Source: a bacterium (GTDB lineage Bacteria > SZUA-182 > DTGQ01). From it: DNA of 64,000 nt. Positions 48,501-58,258 of the stretch are shown here, piece after piece (positions within the stretch are counted from its first letter, which is position 1; every line of letters begins with the position of its first letter). A program made the position numbers and the translations under genes. The stretch spans positions 16,737 through 80,736 of the forward strand of contig JBFMGO010000012.1 of the NCBI GenBank assembly GCA_040752695.1, given 5' to 3'. The notes beneath the pieces are model-generated. The model was not told the origin of the DNA. It did no database searches and was given only the letters and a program-made list of their open reading frames with translations.

Positions 48501-51487
48501 GCTTTCTCTTCGAGCAGGCGGGATTCAAAAGCATTGTAGGGCCATTCGACAATAGCATGAAAAGCATTCGCAAGTCCCTGAGCTGCTCTGTCATGTAAAT
48601 CTTCCCCTATGGTTTTTGCAAGCCTGCTCACCTGTCTCGCACGAGTAATCCAGCCAACCTGACAGAGGCCCATTCCTGTTACGGAGTAAATTTTACACAA
48701 GGTCCGGCATGGTCCCAACATGCTCTCCGCTACATTGAGAGACTTTAAGAGGGCGTAGAAACTTTTGTACAGGTCCGTAAAATAGTAAAGATAAAAGAGC
48801 CTGTAAAGAAGATGTGCAATAACTTCGGCCCGCTGATTGTTGCTATATTTTTTCCGCACAAAAATTCCCGCAAGCACGAGGTGGAGTCCCTGCACGAAAA
48901 GTTCTCTTATCGTGCACAGACTGATAGTAATACTCTTTTGAGGATGTCTTACGCCTATTATTTTCAACGCATCCACCAGGACGTGCTCACACTCTTCGAG
49001 CTTCCCCTTTTGCTGGAGGACGTCACCGATCTTTGACAAAACTTCCGCTTTCCAAAGCTTATTACCTGGCGGGATAAGAGATTCACAGGCTCTCAGCGTG
49101 TGCAGCGCTTCGTCAAACCTTCCTGCACGATAATAGGCTACCCCTAAGTTTTCTCCCGTTTCAATATATTCTCTGGTTTTCCCCTGTTTCTTGAGAATCC
49201 CGTGGGCAACCTCGTAGAGCCTGATTGCCTGCTCATGAGCGGATGCATTCAGAGCTTTCCTGGCTGCTTGAGACGAGTAGTGCAGTGTTTTGTATTCTAC
49301 CTGTGCCTGGGTAAAATGATACACCAGATCGAAGATGACCGCATCGATGTTGTCTTTATTCTGCTCCTCAAGAGCGTATCCTATCTCCCTGTGCAGCGAC
49401 CTTCGCTCATCTTCAGGAAGCTTTGCATAAAATGCTTCCCGTATCCGGTCATGGACGAAAGAGAAGTCTCCTCTGCCCGCTCTATATCTGTTTACGAATT
49501 GCCTTTTAATGCCTTCGTCTATAGCCGCCAGCAAAACCTGTGGTGAAAAGGGAGCCACTTTTTGCAGGATTTCGAACTCGATGTTCCTTCCGATCACCGC
49601 AGCGTAGGAAAGTATTTTGGAATCCTGACCGGATAACTCGCTTATCCTCTTGAGTACTACATCGACGATATTGGAAGGCAATACAGCATCCTGAAATTTT
49701 GCTGTATCGTACCGGTAATGAGTATCATGAAGGGAGACTATCCCCGTATCTACCAGGGAGTGCAGTAATTCGACAAGAAAAAAGGGATTTCCTTCTGCTC
49801 TTTTGTACAGATCTTCAGTAAGGTGAACAATGCTGTCTTCCTCTTCAAGGAGTATTTGCCCGATGATCTTTTTCGCCTGCTCTAAGGCGAGTCCTTTAAG
49901 ATGAATTTCAGGTATCTTCTCTGCCTTGAATTTTTCCAGGGTTTGCCGCAGAGGGTGAGTGGCACCAACTTCCGTATCCCTGAAGCCCGCTATGAGCAAG
50001 AGGGGATAAGACGGTATTTTTTCAGCGATTCGCTCGAACAATTCGATACTTGCTTCATCCGCCCACTGCACATCATCCAGAAAGAATATCACCGGGATTT
50101 CCGGGGTGCCTAAAGAAAGAAGAAAGTTCGTAACCGTAATCAGGAATCTCGTTTTTTCTTTTTCCGCATCGATTTCCACCAGAGTGGCAGGCTCTCCTAA
50201 CAGCCTGGTGATTTCAGGAGCTATTTTGGCTACTTCACCTGCAAGCTCTCCCAGGTTCTCCTTTATTTTCGTTATCAGAAGATCCCGCTCGTTCTTGCTT
50301 CTGCGCTCCAGGCTGGCAATATATCCTCTGATTACTTCACTGAAGACTTTATAAGGCGTTTGATAGGCATACTGGTCACATTTTCCTCTTGCCAATATCC
50401 CATTAACCGATTGAAGATGTTTTACCGCCTCATTCACGAGCCTGGTTTTCCCTATCCCTGCTTCTCCGCAGACAAGGCATACCGCGCCCTGAGACCTTTT
50501 TGTCTGCTTCATGTACGATTCAAGCAGATCGATTTCCCTGGACCTCCCCACCAGCGAAGTAGAATAGGTAAGCTCTCTTAAACGGTCCTTTCGGGCAATC
50601 ACGAAGTCTATGGCCTGATTTCCCTGCTGTCTCTGATGCAGGTATTCTTTTAAATCGCTGATCAATGCTGAAAGGGTTTGGTATCGGTTTTGTGGATCCT
50701 TGGCAATAAGCCGCAGTACAATCCGGTCGAGTATCTCCGGCACGGCTTTATTGTTCGTACTCGGAGGCTGTGGCCTTTGGGCTATATGCTGGTAGATCAG
50801 GGTGGAAATGTCCACCCCGTTATAGGGCAGTTCACCACAGATGAGCCTATAGAACAGTATCCCCAGTGAATAGATATCCGCCCGGCTGTCAATGGGTGTT
50901 TGCAGGATACCGCTGACCTCGGGCGACATATAGCCAAAGATATTCCGTATCTCTTCTGCCTCTGTGATCGTTATCAGCTCCAGCGGGGAGTTAAAACCAA
51001 AACCGGTAACTTTAACAGTACGTCCGTCGTCATGGGTGTTTCCATTTCCCTGCTGAGCGATGAGGATATTATAAGGGTTAATGTACTGGTGAATAATTCC
51101 CTCATGGTGACAGGATTCCATGCCCGCGGAAATCGAAAGCACCATCTCTATCGCCCTGTCAATCTCTATCGGCTGTGTAAGCTGGGCAAGATACCGGTAA
51201 AGGGGAATTCCTTCGAAGCATTCAGTAACAATATAATATCTGCCTTCGTATTCCCCCATATCACAAATCTTAAGGACATTATCATGGCTTATTTTTGAAA
51301 CCGCCTCCACTTCCCTTTTGCGATGGAGCTGTGAGGTCAAAGAGGGTGTCCTGATATCTTCCTTTAAGATCCTGATGGCTATAGGACTGCCTGTTTTTTG
51401 ATCAGATGCCCTATAGGTATCGCTGAGTCGATTTGAGTCGGTTTGTTGTAGTATCTTGTAGCGGTTACCCACTATTTCCTTAAGCAT
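45536..51487 (-). CDS. Hybrid Ser/Thr kinase-like, AAA ATPase, TPR-like, GAF, PAS, histidine kinase and receiver protein
   Basis: GYMSPE and DIYSLG; GEAGIGKT and LDDVQWAD; GNPFF; AHDFNNLL; FDPFFTTK, GSGLGL; C-terminal REC (MDD, IMD, KPY). Confidence 0.92.
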   Translation of the reverse strand: MLKEIVGNRYKILQQTDSNRLSDTYRASDQKTGSPIAIRILKEDIRTPSLTSQLHRKREVEAVSKISHDNVLKICDMGEYEGRYYIVTECFEGIPLYRYLAQLTQPIEIDRAIEMVLSISAGMESCHHEGIIHQYINPYNILIAQQGNGNTHDDGRTVKVTGFGFNSPLELITITEAEEIRNIFGYMSPEVSGILQTPIDSRADIYSLGILFYRLICGELPYNGVDISTLIYQHIAQRPQPPSTNNKAVPEILDRIVLRLIAKDPQNRYQTLSALISDLKEYLHQRQQGNQAIDFVIARKDRLRELTYSTSLVGRSREIDLLESYMKQTKRSQGAVCLVCGEAGIGKTRLVNEAVKHLQSVNGILARGKCDQYAYQTPYKVFSEVIRGYIASLERRSKNERDLLITKIKENLGELAGEVAKIAPEITRLLGEPATLVEIDAEKEKTRFLITVTNFLLSLGTPEIPVIFFLDDVQWADEASIELFERIAEKIPSYPLLLIAGFRDTEVGATHPLRQTLEKFKAEKIPEIHLKGLALEQAKKIIGQILLEEEDSIVHLTEDLYKRAEGNPFFLVELLHSLVDTGIVSLHDTHYRYDTAKFQDAVLPSNIVDVVLKRISELSGQDSKILSYAAVIGRNIEFEILQKVAPFSPQVLLAAIDEGIKRQFVNRYRAGRGDFSFVHDRIREAFYAKLPEDERRSLHREIGYALEEQNKDNIDAVIFDLVYHFTQAQVEYKTLHYSSQAARKALNASAHEQAIRLYEVAHGILKKQGKTREYIETGENLGVAYYRAGRFDEALHTLRACESLIPPGNKLWKAEVLSKIGDVLQQKGKLEECEHVLVDALKIIGVRHPQKSITISLCTIRELFVQGLHLVLAGIFVRKKYSNNQRAEVIAHLLYRLFYLYYFTDLYKSFYALLKSLNVAESMLGPCRTLCKIYSVTGMGLCQVGWITRARQVSRLAKTIGEDLHDRAAQGLANAFHAIVEWPYNAFESRLLEEKAIKLLKGAGEYWDLGHALVFQGWADCMMGRNFNEVLKNNEETITLMQSINALQDMGWTLGFKGQILTYIGDERLKHEGIKTMEESIKILEQVNDKPWTLCATGILSFAHVRAGNYEEAIRLADRVAEIFSDYNNLVTWVLDTPGMCGLVYLYTIMNKPHLTEAERAKYMERAKHFCKMAHRKGKRFPTYRGWAYQVNGIYQWLCGKKKKGIITWEQGISYLREHTRDTYRLACILLEEASFLLKDDPGSKKAHAYLIEAKEIFIQSGAKSELDRAVKLLERFFPDSEAVEAREALTLSRRLDSLLSVTRAIGSLCGLEELLEKIVDQAMKVTGAERGFLLLLDEEDGTLQQKVSKGIDHEERKTFSCVQCGISLALVQQVEKTQQGLVEDQNGHTFTSIANELNEYGIKEALCVPLKAREKFLGVIYLDNRMAGGIFGQNELELMSSFAVQASISIENAYLVRDLIEHERSLQEMIERAPDAVVVYDRGGNIINVNQQTCESLGYSRDELLNMTMGDINPCHNQEKMAALLDGLGRGTATFPCTHRRKDGSTFPVEGRLSMIEYRGRKVILCLARDITVRKKIEDELQKIQKLESLGVLAGGIAHDFNNLLTTIIGNLSLVEFYAKSGDNILEIVEEIKRASHQTKYLTQQLLTFSQGGEPIKKIVPITDLLKDTIHLALSGSQAKCELSLADDLWCANIDEGQINQVINNLVINAAQAMPEGGIIRVCAENVMVGADATVGPDMIIGSRDNPDMIIGSGNNGDNRALKKGKYIEVSIKDQGVGIQKEHLHKIFDPFFTTKPKGSGLGLAITYSIIKKHGGHITVESEAGSGATFRVYLPAAETETIKEAKDDAGEKIFRGKGKVLCMDDQPSIRNMMGKMLARLGYEVEYAQDGAEAIELYKKKRETGESFDAVIMDLTIPGGMGGKEALKKLLAIDPNAKGIVSSGYNDDPIMSEYKEYGFCGAIAKPYGIKTLSEILHKVITHSA

Positions 51488-52142
51488 GGTAAACCTTTTA
51501 GATTGAAACTATAGACTGTACTAAATGTTACCAAAAGTAATTGTAGAATAAATAGTTACAATAATCAAGATATTTTTTCCCAAACAGCAGTTATTCCGTA
51601 CGGGACATCTGAGGTCGCGCCTTTCGATCATCGCTCATGCTCTCGATCAGTATGACGAAATTGCTCACTTGGGCGGTACCCATGTAAGTGGACTGCAATA
51701 GTCATCGGATTGGCTGGGAATAGCAACATGATGCGCTGTAGTGGATATAGTATAGTATATTTATATACGCTGTTGTACCTTTAAATAGAAACCTCTATAC
51801 CATTTTTCGGCAACAATCCAAGAGAAATTCAGACCTTTCCCATTTGCACGATCACAATAATGCCAAGTGGAACAGCTTCCCTTGATTGGAGTGGAGGCCG
51901 TCGGATCCCGGAGTTTATATTTTCCCCCTCCCTCTGTGCGGGCTTCTCCTCGACTGTGCCCTTCGTCGGGGAGTATCAAATTTTTGATAGTAACCCTCAG
52001 AAATTTGATATTCTGATCAAAGAATATGTCAGCAAAGAAAGATGCTACAACGCCCTCAAAGAATGAGCACCAAGAGTCTATCTATCTGTTTTTGAGCCTC
52101 TTTAACTCTCTATCCCTGATCCTGGAATATAACATGTTGGGT

Positions 52143-52157
52143 TGGCATGGGTTTTGC
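52143..52157 (+). promoter_or_regulatory. Sigma-54 promoter
   Basis: TGGCATGGGTTTTGC (GG-N10-GC), about 600 nt upstream of the next CDS. Confidence 0.6.
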
Positions 52158-52754
52158 TATTAATTAGTGCGTAATTCAATTTTCTATAAATTTAATTTTA
52201 TAATGTGAAACTATTCACGTATATTTTTCGAGCCACCTCCTCCCCCCTGGTGGAAAAGAAGCCGTTACTGTATGCCTTAGTACGGGGTGCGGGAATGAGC
52301 CGGTCAGTAGTTGAAGGGGGCTATGTGTCGAAAATCCCCGTTACCCCCCTTTATCAAAGGGGGAGTAAAATACCCTTATCACACAGAGGAGAAGGACAAT
52401 AGCCGGCTGCCTGTTCATGCTCAAGCGTACTACTTATGGCATCCGAAGGCTCTGTGAGGGCATCTGACGTCTTTTGTGAAGGCATCTTTTTCGTGAGAGC
52501 ATCTGACGTTTTCTGTGAAGGCATCCGCAGCCTTCGTTAAGGTAATCGATGGTTCCATTCAGGAGCCAGATGTTTTCGGGTGAGCAGTATGTCCCGAATC
52601 CTTAACCCAATGCCTGGAAATTACTTGTATATTCCGGCTGTTTCGTCTTCAGCTTGTTGGTGCGATCCGTGATTGTCACCCGGATAACGACAAGCAAAAG
52701 CATTTGCTTCAGGCCATCTTCCGGGCAAACTATTAACCGAAAGGAGTGTATATC

Positions 52755-54773
52755 ATGAAGCGAGTAACAAGATGTGATAAGATTTATTTTCCTCTGGTCC
52801 TTTTCATCGTTTTACAGCTTTTCTTAATTACCCCGGTTGCGGCCCGCCAATCCGATGTAAGTGTGGGAGTCAGTGTAGGAGTCCTGGTAATAATGCCTCG
52901 TGATGGTCAAGGTACGGAGAAAAAGCCGCCCGAGCCTGAACAGTCCTCTTATGAGATAGGCGCAGGCGAGAAGCTGCCTGAGCCTCTGCCTTACGACACG
53001 AATGATACCCTCTCTGAGGCTCCCACCGAAACTTTAGTTAAGCCCAGAGTGCCTCTGCCTTTTATAGCCCCGGCATCTCTGACTGCGGCTGCTTATGGTG
53101 CCAATGTCACCAGTGCCATCAATGCCACCGATGATACCTATGCTGCATACAACACCTATGGCAGTTATAATACCTACGATACCTATGGCAATTATAGTGC
53201 TTTTAGCTGGTCCGGCTATCCTTTCAGAAGCGCTAACCTGTTTGGGTCGAGCTATCCTTCCACGAGTTCCGATCCGTTGAGATTAAGTTATTCATTCGAT
53301 AATTCTGACCGATCTGGATACAGCTATCTCCTGAATCGTTCCAGTCGATTTGGTTCGAGCAATTATCTAAACGATTACAATACCTTTGATTGGCTTGGTT
53401 ATTCTTTTGGCGGCTACGGTATCCCTGGTCGGTCCGGCTATGCTTTTACCAATAGATATCCTCTGTCCTATCCTCAAATATTTTACCCTGGCCGTATTAT
53501 CCTTCCCTGGTTCGGCGACCAGCCGGGAAATACCGAAATGCCCAATCCTGCTGCGGTCTATTGCAAGGATAATGGCGGGACTTATGAGATCAGAACAGAT
53601 GAGAAGGGTGGTCAATATGGGATGTGCATTTTTGATAATGGATGTGAATGCGATGCATGGGCTTACTATAGGGGCGAATGCCAGCCTTCCTGTTCAGAGC
53701 ATTTGGATTTCATGGATAGGAAATGGAAATTACAATCTTTTGGAGTCACAGGAGAGGAAAATTTACTCATAGCAGGTACAGAAATTACTCTTCAATTCGG
53801 TGGAGACAATACCTGCAAAGGGTCCGCCGGATGTAACAGTTACTTTGGGACTTACGAAGCTTCAGCAAGCGGTATCATATCAACCTCTCATATCGGCTGT
53901 ACCGAGATGGCCTGTCTTTCTCCTTCAGGTGTTATGGAACAGGAACGGCAATACCTTGAAGCCCTCATGAGTGTGTGTTTCTTTGAAACTGATCACAATA
54001 CGCTAAAGCTCTTTTACGACAGCAAACGAAAGGTTCTCAATTTCGTAACCGACCAGACTACGCCATCAACGGGAATAGACCTGGAAAGCTTTAAAGAGCT
54101 TGCAGGTAATGCAGATTGCGCAGACTTGGAGAATAGACTGTTTCTTATCGACAAGGATCTGATCCTCTGGTGGCGGAGGGGAACCTGTTTCGATAATGCC
54201 TACTCGGCAATCCTCTATAAAGAAACTGTAGATACAATAGCATGCATGTACCACGATTCAATCGGAGGCCCGCAAAACTACTGTTATGACCCGAATTATG
54301 CAGACATGTTCGAGACGATCATCAATAATCTGGACTGCCCGGACCTGGGCCTGGATGCCACCCATACCGTGAAGGAAATCCCTCTTCCTCCCCGACCGGA
54401 AGAGCCCGAACCTCGCCTCAGGAATTTTTCCAACAGCGGATGTAAAGGGAAAACCCGAGATGGTTCCTTTCCCGGTGAGAGGCCTGAATTCAGCTACCAG
54501 TACCACGAAGAAGAGGGTGTTCTCTTCCTTCAGCATAACGATGCCTATTACAACTGCTGCATTGAAGAGATCACACTTACCATGAGCGTAAAGGGCATGG
54601 TTATCAATATTTATGAGGAGGAAAAATTGGAAGGAAGTGGATGTCGCTGTATGTGCAACTACGACCTCACCGCTGAGGTGGTCAATCTGTCCTCCGGCGT
54701 CTATACAGTGAATTTTTTCAACCAGGAGAGCGGAACATTGTTAGGAAGTATCTCCCAGGTGATCATCCCCTAG
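52755..54773 (+). CDS. Secreted mosaic protein: Tyr/Gly/Ser-rich region, DUF333-like, META-like and two Cys-rich domains
   Basis: Signal peptide; MPNPAAVYCKDNGG...GMC (DUF333-like); GSAGCNSYFGTY...CTEMAC (META-like); start taken at ATG after AAGGAG. Confidence 0.78.
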   Translation: MKRVTRCDKIYFPLVLFIVLQLFLITPVAARQSDVSVGVSVGVLVIMPRDGQGTEKKPPEPEQSSYEIGAGEKLPEPLPYDTNDTLSEAPTETLVKPRVPLPFIAPASLTAAAYGANVTSAINATDDTYAAYNTYGSYNTYDTYGNYSAFSWSGYPFRSANLFGSSYPSTSSDPLRLSYSFDNSDRSGYSYLLNRSSRFGSSNYLNDYNTFDWLGYSFGGYGIPGRSGYAFTNRYPLSYPQIFYPGRIILPWFGDQPGNTEMPNPAAVYCKDNGGTYEIRTDEKGGQYGMCIFDNGCECDAWAYYRGECQPSCSEHLDFMDRKWKLQSFGVTGEENLLIAGTEITLQFGGDNTCKGSAGCNSYFGTYEASASGIISTSHIGCTEMACLSPSGVMEQERQYLEALMSVCFFETDHNTLKLFYDSKRKVLNFVTDQTTPSTGIDLESFKELAGNADCADLENRLFLIDKDLILWWRRGTCFDNAYSAILYKETVDTIACMYHDSIGGPQNYCYDPNYADMFETIINNLDCPDLGLDATHTVKEIPLPPRPEEPEPRLRNFSNSGCKGKTRDGSFPGERPEFSYQYHEEEGVLFLQHNDAYYNCCIEEITLTMSVKGMVINIYEEEKLEGSGCRCMCNYDLTAEVVNLSSGVYTVNFFNQESGTLLGSISQVIIP

Positions 54774-54865
54774 ACCCTCGCAGGGACCCTCAGGAGTCAG
54801 GAATCCTCAAGAAGCAGGAATCCCGCAAAAGCCAGGAATCCTGAAAAGAGACCAGAACCCTGAAG

Positions 54866-54907
54866 AGGCCAAAGTCTTGCGTGCACGGGGTTGCAAGGCT
54901 TTGGCCT
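54866..54907. terminator. Hairpin after the secreted-protein gene
   Basis: AGGCCAAAGTCTTGC ... GCAAGGCTTTGGCCT. Confidence 0.55.
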
Positions 54908-55022
54908 ACCCTGATTTTTGATCATCAGTTCCGTTCAATCAGCTTCATTCAGTTCTCCCTTTGCCTTATGATGCTTATAATTTTCTCCACAGCAGGGCTT
55001 ACCATCACCTGCCACACAGAAG

Positions 55023-55211
55023 ATGGTTGATGACTGGAACCGGTTTTATCCAATCGGCACAGAGGTAATTGTCAATCGCGACAATGGTGAAAAAACGAAA
55101 ACTGTCACCAGGTCAGAGGCTCAGCTTTTAGGTGGTCATACACCGGTTGTATGGTGTGAAGGGATTCGCGGGGCTTATGATTTGGGCAGAGTTGAACCGG
55201 TGGAAGAATAA
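55023..55211 (+). CDS. Small phage-like hypothetical protein (possibly 5' truncated)
   Basis: WNRFYPIGTEV...TRSEAQLLGGHTPVVW; tightly packed with the lysozyme remnant. Confidence 0.55.
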   Translation: MVDDWNRFYPIGTEVIVNRDNGEKTKTVTRSEAQLLGGHTPVVWCEGIRGAYDLGRVEPVEE

Positions 55212-55223
55212 GGAGCCATCACA

Positions 55224-55634
55224 ATGAACACCGAAGCCATAAAGCAGCAGCGCATACGCCATGAAGGCCTTCGTACTAAGCCTTATCACTGCCCTGCCGG
55301 AAAGCTCACCATCGGCGTAGGCCGTACCTGGATGATTACGGTATCAGCGAGGAAGAAGCCATTATGATGCTGGAGAACGATATCAACGAGTGCATCAAAG
55401 ATTTGCGCTTCATCCTGCCAGGCTTCAACGACCTGAGCGAGGCCCGCCAGGCAAGCCCTGGTCGATACGCGTTTTAACCTTGGGTTTTCCGGCTTCCGGC
55501 GTTTCAAGCGCATGATTGCGGCTGTGAATGCTTGCGATTTCGAGCAGGCCGCGCGGGAGATGGTTAGCTCGATCTGGTATTTGCAGGTAAGGGAGCGGGC
55601 AAAAGAATTGGTCAGGATGATGAGGGAGGGATAA
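55224..55634 (+). pseudogene. Phage lysozyme (GH24/T4-like) with two frameshifts
   Basis: RHEGLRTKPYHCPAGKLTIGVGR / LDDYGISEEEA...LSEARQ / ALVDTRFNLG...SIWYLQVRERAKEL; breaks near 55326 and 55453. Confidence 0.85.
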
Positions 55635-55824
55635 ATGAATAACCCATTGATCAGCAACGAAGACATTGCCCACGTGCAAGCCCTGCGGGTAAAATTGCGC
55701 CGCTGCCGCGTCTGCGGATGCACAGACAGCGATTGCCGCCAGTGCATCGAGGCCCAGGGGGTATCCGTGCTGGTGGGTGGAGGATGACCTGTGCAGCAGG
55801 TGCGCCGGGGGAGGGGAGAAATGA
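55635..55824 (+). pseudogene. Phage-type Cys-rich small protein, frameshifted
   Basis: CRVCGCTDSDCRQC, then a frameshift in a G run, then PCWWVEDDLCSRC. Confidence 0.6.
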
Positions 55825-56081
55825 TAACAAATAGAGGTGATTGAAGAAAACGTCAAAATAGAATTATTTTTTCACTGTAGTTAGAAGTTAGTCAGACGTT
55901 TTCATCTTTGTGGAAGGATAGTAAAAACGAACGTTTATTTTTGCGTTAGGATTAGAAGAAATGGGATTTCTTCTAATTGAAAAGCAATAAGCCCCGGATT
56001 TTCGGGGCTCATCGTAAACTTAATAGTGAAAGAAGGGGTGTTAATGGTACCGGCCAGAAGATAATATTAAAAAAATAACAG

Positions 56082-56745
56082 TCAATCTATTACCTTGCAC
56101 TTGGTTGCAGCTTCGCTATCTCTGGGCCTGGTCGTAAGAAATGGAAACAAGTTGAAGTTACTGTGCGGGTAATCGTTTTCCAAATCCCATTGAGGGTTCA
56201 ACTGATAACGACTATCTTGGACCCAGCTATATCTGCCAAAGAAATTGTTATACATTATCATAAAGAGATGGGACATAGAACTTGCTTATGATGAAATCAA
56301 AACCCATCAGTTCGCTACTCTGAGAGGACAAATGCCTACTATTATTCGCAGTAAGCGTGCTGATTTGGTAGAACAAGAGTTGTATGCGATGCTGATTACC
56401 TACAATTTGATTCGTTCCCTTATTTACGAAGCTGCTTCCAAGTACAATAAAGATCCCCGCCTCATTAGTTTTCTTGACTCACTCCAGTTGATCATAGATG
56501 CCGCTCCCTTTATGTCTTATTCTCAAGGGGATGAAAGAAGTAGATTTGATTATCTGTTGGGTCTGATAGCAGATTCTCTGATAGACAGACCTCGAAAGCC
56601 ACGGGTCAATCCTCGTGTAGTAAAAGTAAAAATGTCGAACTTTAAACGAAAACGTAGTGGGGATAGGTCAAAATACAGAAATTTTGAAGAGGAAATAAAA
56701 ATAATCACCCAGGAAACTGCTTAAAAAATTCATTCACGGGTATTG
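56082..56745 (+). mobile_element. IS4-family transposase 3' fragment with probable right end
   Basis: VRVIVFQIP..LITTILDP..IHYHK / RWDIELAYDEIK (Y-2-R-3-E-6-K, frameshift near 56264); PRVVKVK tail; ends ...CGGGTATTG. Confidence 0.75.
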
Positions 56746-57095
56746 TATCTAAGTTATAGTATCTTCTGCTCAATAGAGACCAATATCTAACATTCATATC
56801 AACATCTAACATTGAATTCCAAATACTGTTTCTCATCTTACTGGCTACTTCAGTTTTACCCAATTGTGGCGATAGCGTCGCCGTAATTTCAATATAAGAT
56901 TGTGAGGTGCCCGGATAAATTGTCGCCTCGCTGAAGCAACAATCTTTTGCTAACCCCAGATTGTCGTGACGGTGTTACACCAATTTTAGTATAGCACATA
57001 AAATGAGTTTTGTTGATTCCAAAGAGAAACAGGACATAAAAAAGGGAAGGTTGCTGCCTTCCCTGGAATATTTATCAGTAAAGACTTTTCTGATG

Positions 57096-57308
57096 CTATC
57101 GGAAGACCATCCCTGTCGAGATCTGATAATTCATCATGTCTGTTTGAGAGAGCCTGAACACCAAGAAAGACAATCCAGAATAGGCTAAGCAGGCTGCAAT
57201 CATCAGCCGAGATAGACGTTTGGGGTCAGACAGATGGCTTTTATTCAGGTAAAACCCTCTGCTCTTTTGGTCAGAGAAGAAGGGTTCAATCCGGAATCTT
57301 TTTACCAT
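57096..57308 (-). mobile_element. Second IS4-type transposase fragment
   Basis: KRFRIEPFFSDQKSRGF (R-3-E-6-K) ... RLSRLMIAACLAY. Confidence 0.65.
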
Positions 57309-58258
57309 TATATCTTTGTCACTATCACAATCGGGGCGCCTATGTAGTTTGCCTTGCCAGTAGAGAAATTGAGTTCCGCATAAGACCCATCGCCTCTGGC
57401 GTCAGTATCTAAGGCAAACCGAACTTTGAACAACACAGTATCCCCTGCCCCGAAGTGTTCATTAAAAGACCAGATGCTTGATCCCGAGAGATTCGACGAT
57501 TCAGATATGTTGTCGTTTCCCCTATCGATGATTCTTATTTCCTTCTTTCCATGCCAATAATACTGATGGGCCTCAATGTCAGTAAATGCATGCACTTCGG
57601 CATTCTTAGAGGTATACCAATTGTCGTCGGCATATAGGATATAAAACCCATGATAATACATGCCAGCATAGATCCAATATGTTCCGGTCTCAGGAGGGAC
57701 CCAGCTGTACCACCAGATGGCCTGATTAGCGTAAGGTACATGTCCATATGCCCCCCAACCCCACCCCGATCCTTTTGCCACTGACATCAGGTCTTTCAGT
57801 TGGTTGGCATCATAAAGCCACACGCTTGGGTTCCCGATTTCTCCTTCAATTTTTGCCAGAAATTCCATGTCGGAGGCAAGCAGGTCGGCTCCTAGTAAAC
57901 TTGCTTGGCTGCTCCCGAGACTGCTAGAAAAAGCCAAGCGGGCGGTCTTTTCTCTGAGATGAATATCAAACCGCGGTGCCATGTCAACGAATCGCGGCCG
58001 CACCCGATGCAAAAATTCATCTAGCCGCAGTTTTCGAGCATCCTCCATCCCATCAAGTTTACCTATTTCGATCCCGCTTTCGGCCAAGGTACGCCTTACC
58101 TCTTCCTCTTTCCGAGCCATTTCCTCCGATCGTACAGCCGATTCCTCCTTCACCCGCAGCAATTCTCCATCGTATTCCTCAAGGATGGACTTTCTGAGCT
58201 GCCGAAACTCTTCCTCTATCTCGGCAATACTACGGCTGAACACAGATCCTCTTATCAT
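57308..58258 (-). CDS. Hypothetical protein: charged helical N-terminus and aromatic beta-rich C-terminus
   Basis: 316-aa uninterrupted ORF with RBS AAGGAGG; no family recognised. Confidence 0.7.
   Translation of the reverse strand: MIRGSVFSRSIAEIEEEFRQLRKSILEEYDGELLRVKEESAVRSEEMARKEEEVRRTLAESGIEIGKLDGMEDARKLRLDEFLHRVRPRFVDMAPRFDIHLREKTARLAFSSSLGSSQASLLGADLLASDMEFLAKIEGEIGNPSVWLYDANQLKDLMSVAKGSGWGWGAYGHVPYANQAIWWYSWVPPETGTYWIYAGMYYHGFYILYADDNWYTSKNAEVHAFTDIEAHQYYWHGKKEIRIIDRGNDNISESSNLSGSSIWSFNEHFGAGDTVLFKVRFALDTDARGDGSYAELNFSTGKANYIGAPIVIVTKI

Noticed and set aside
51590..52070. Riboswitch or small ORFs upstream of the hybrid kinase
   Set aside because: No c-di-GMP, c-di-AMP or lysine riboswitch consensus recognised; short ORFs lack support
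55771..55785. GGTGGAGG as a tmRNA attachment-site duplicate
   Set aside because: Only about 8 nt match, and it lies within the phage ORF remnant
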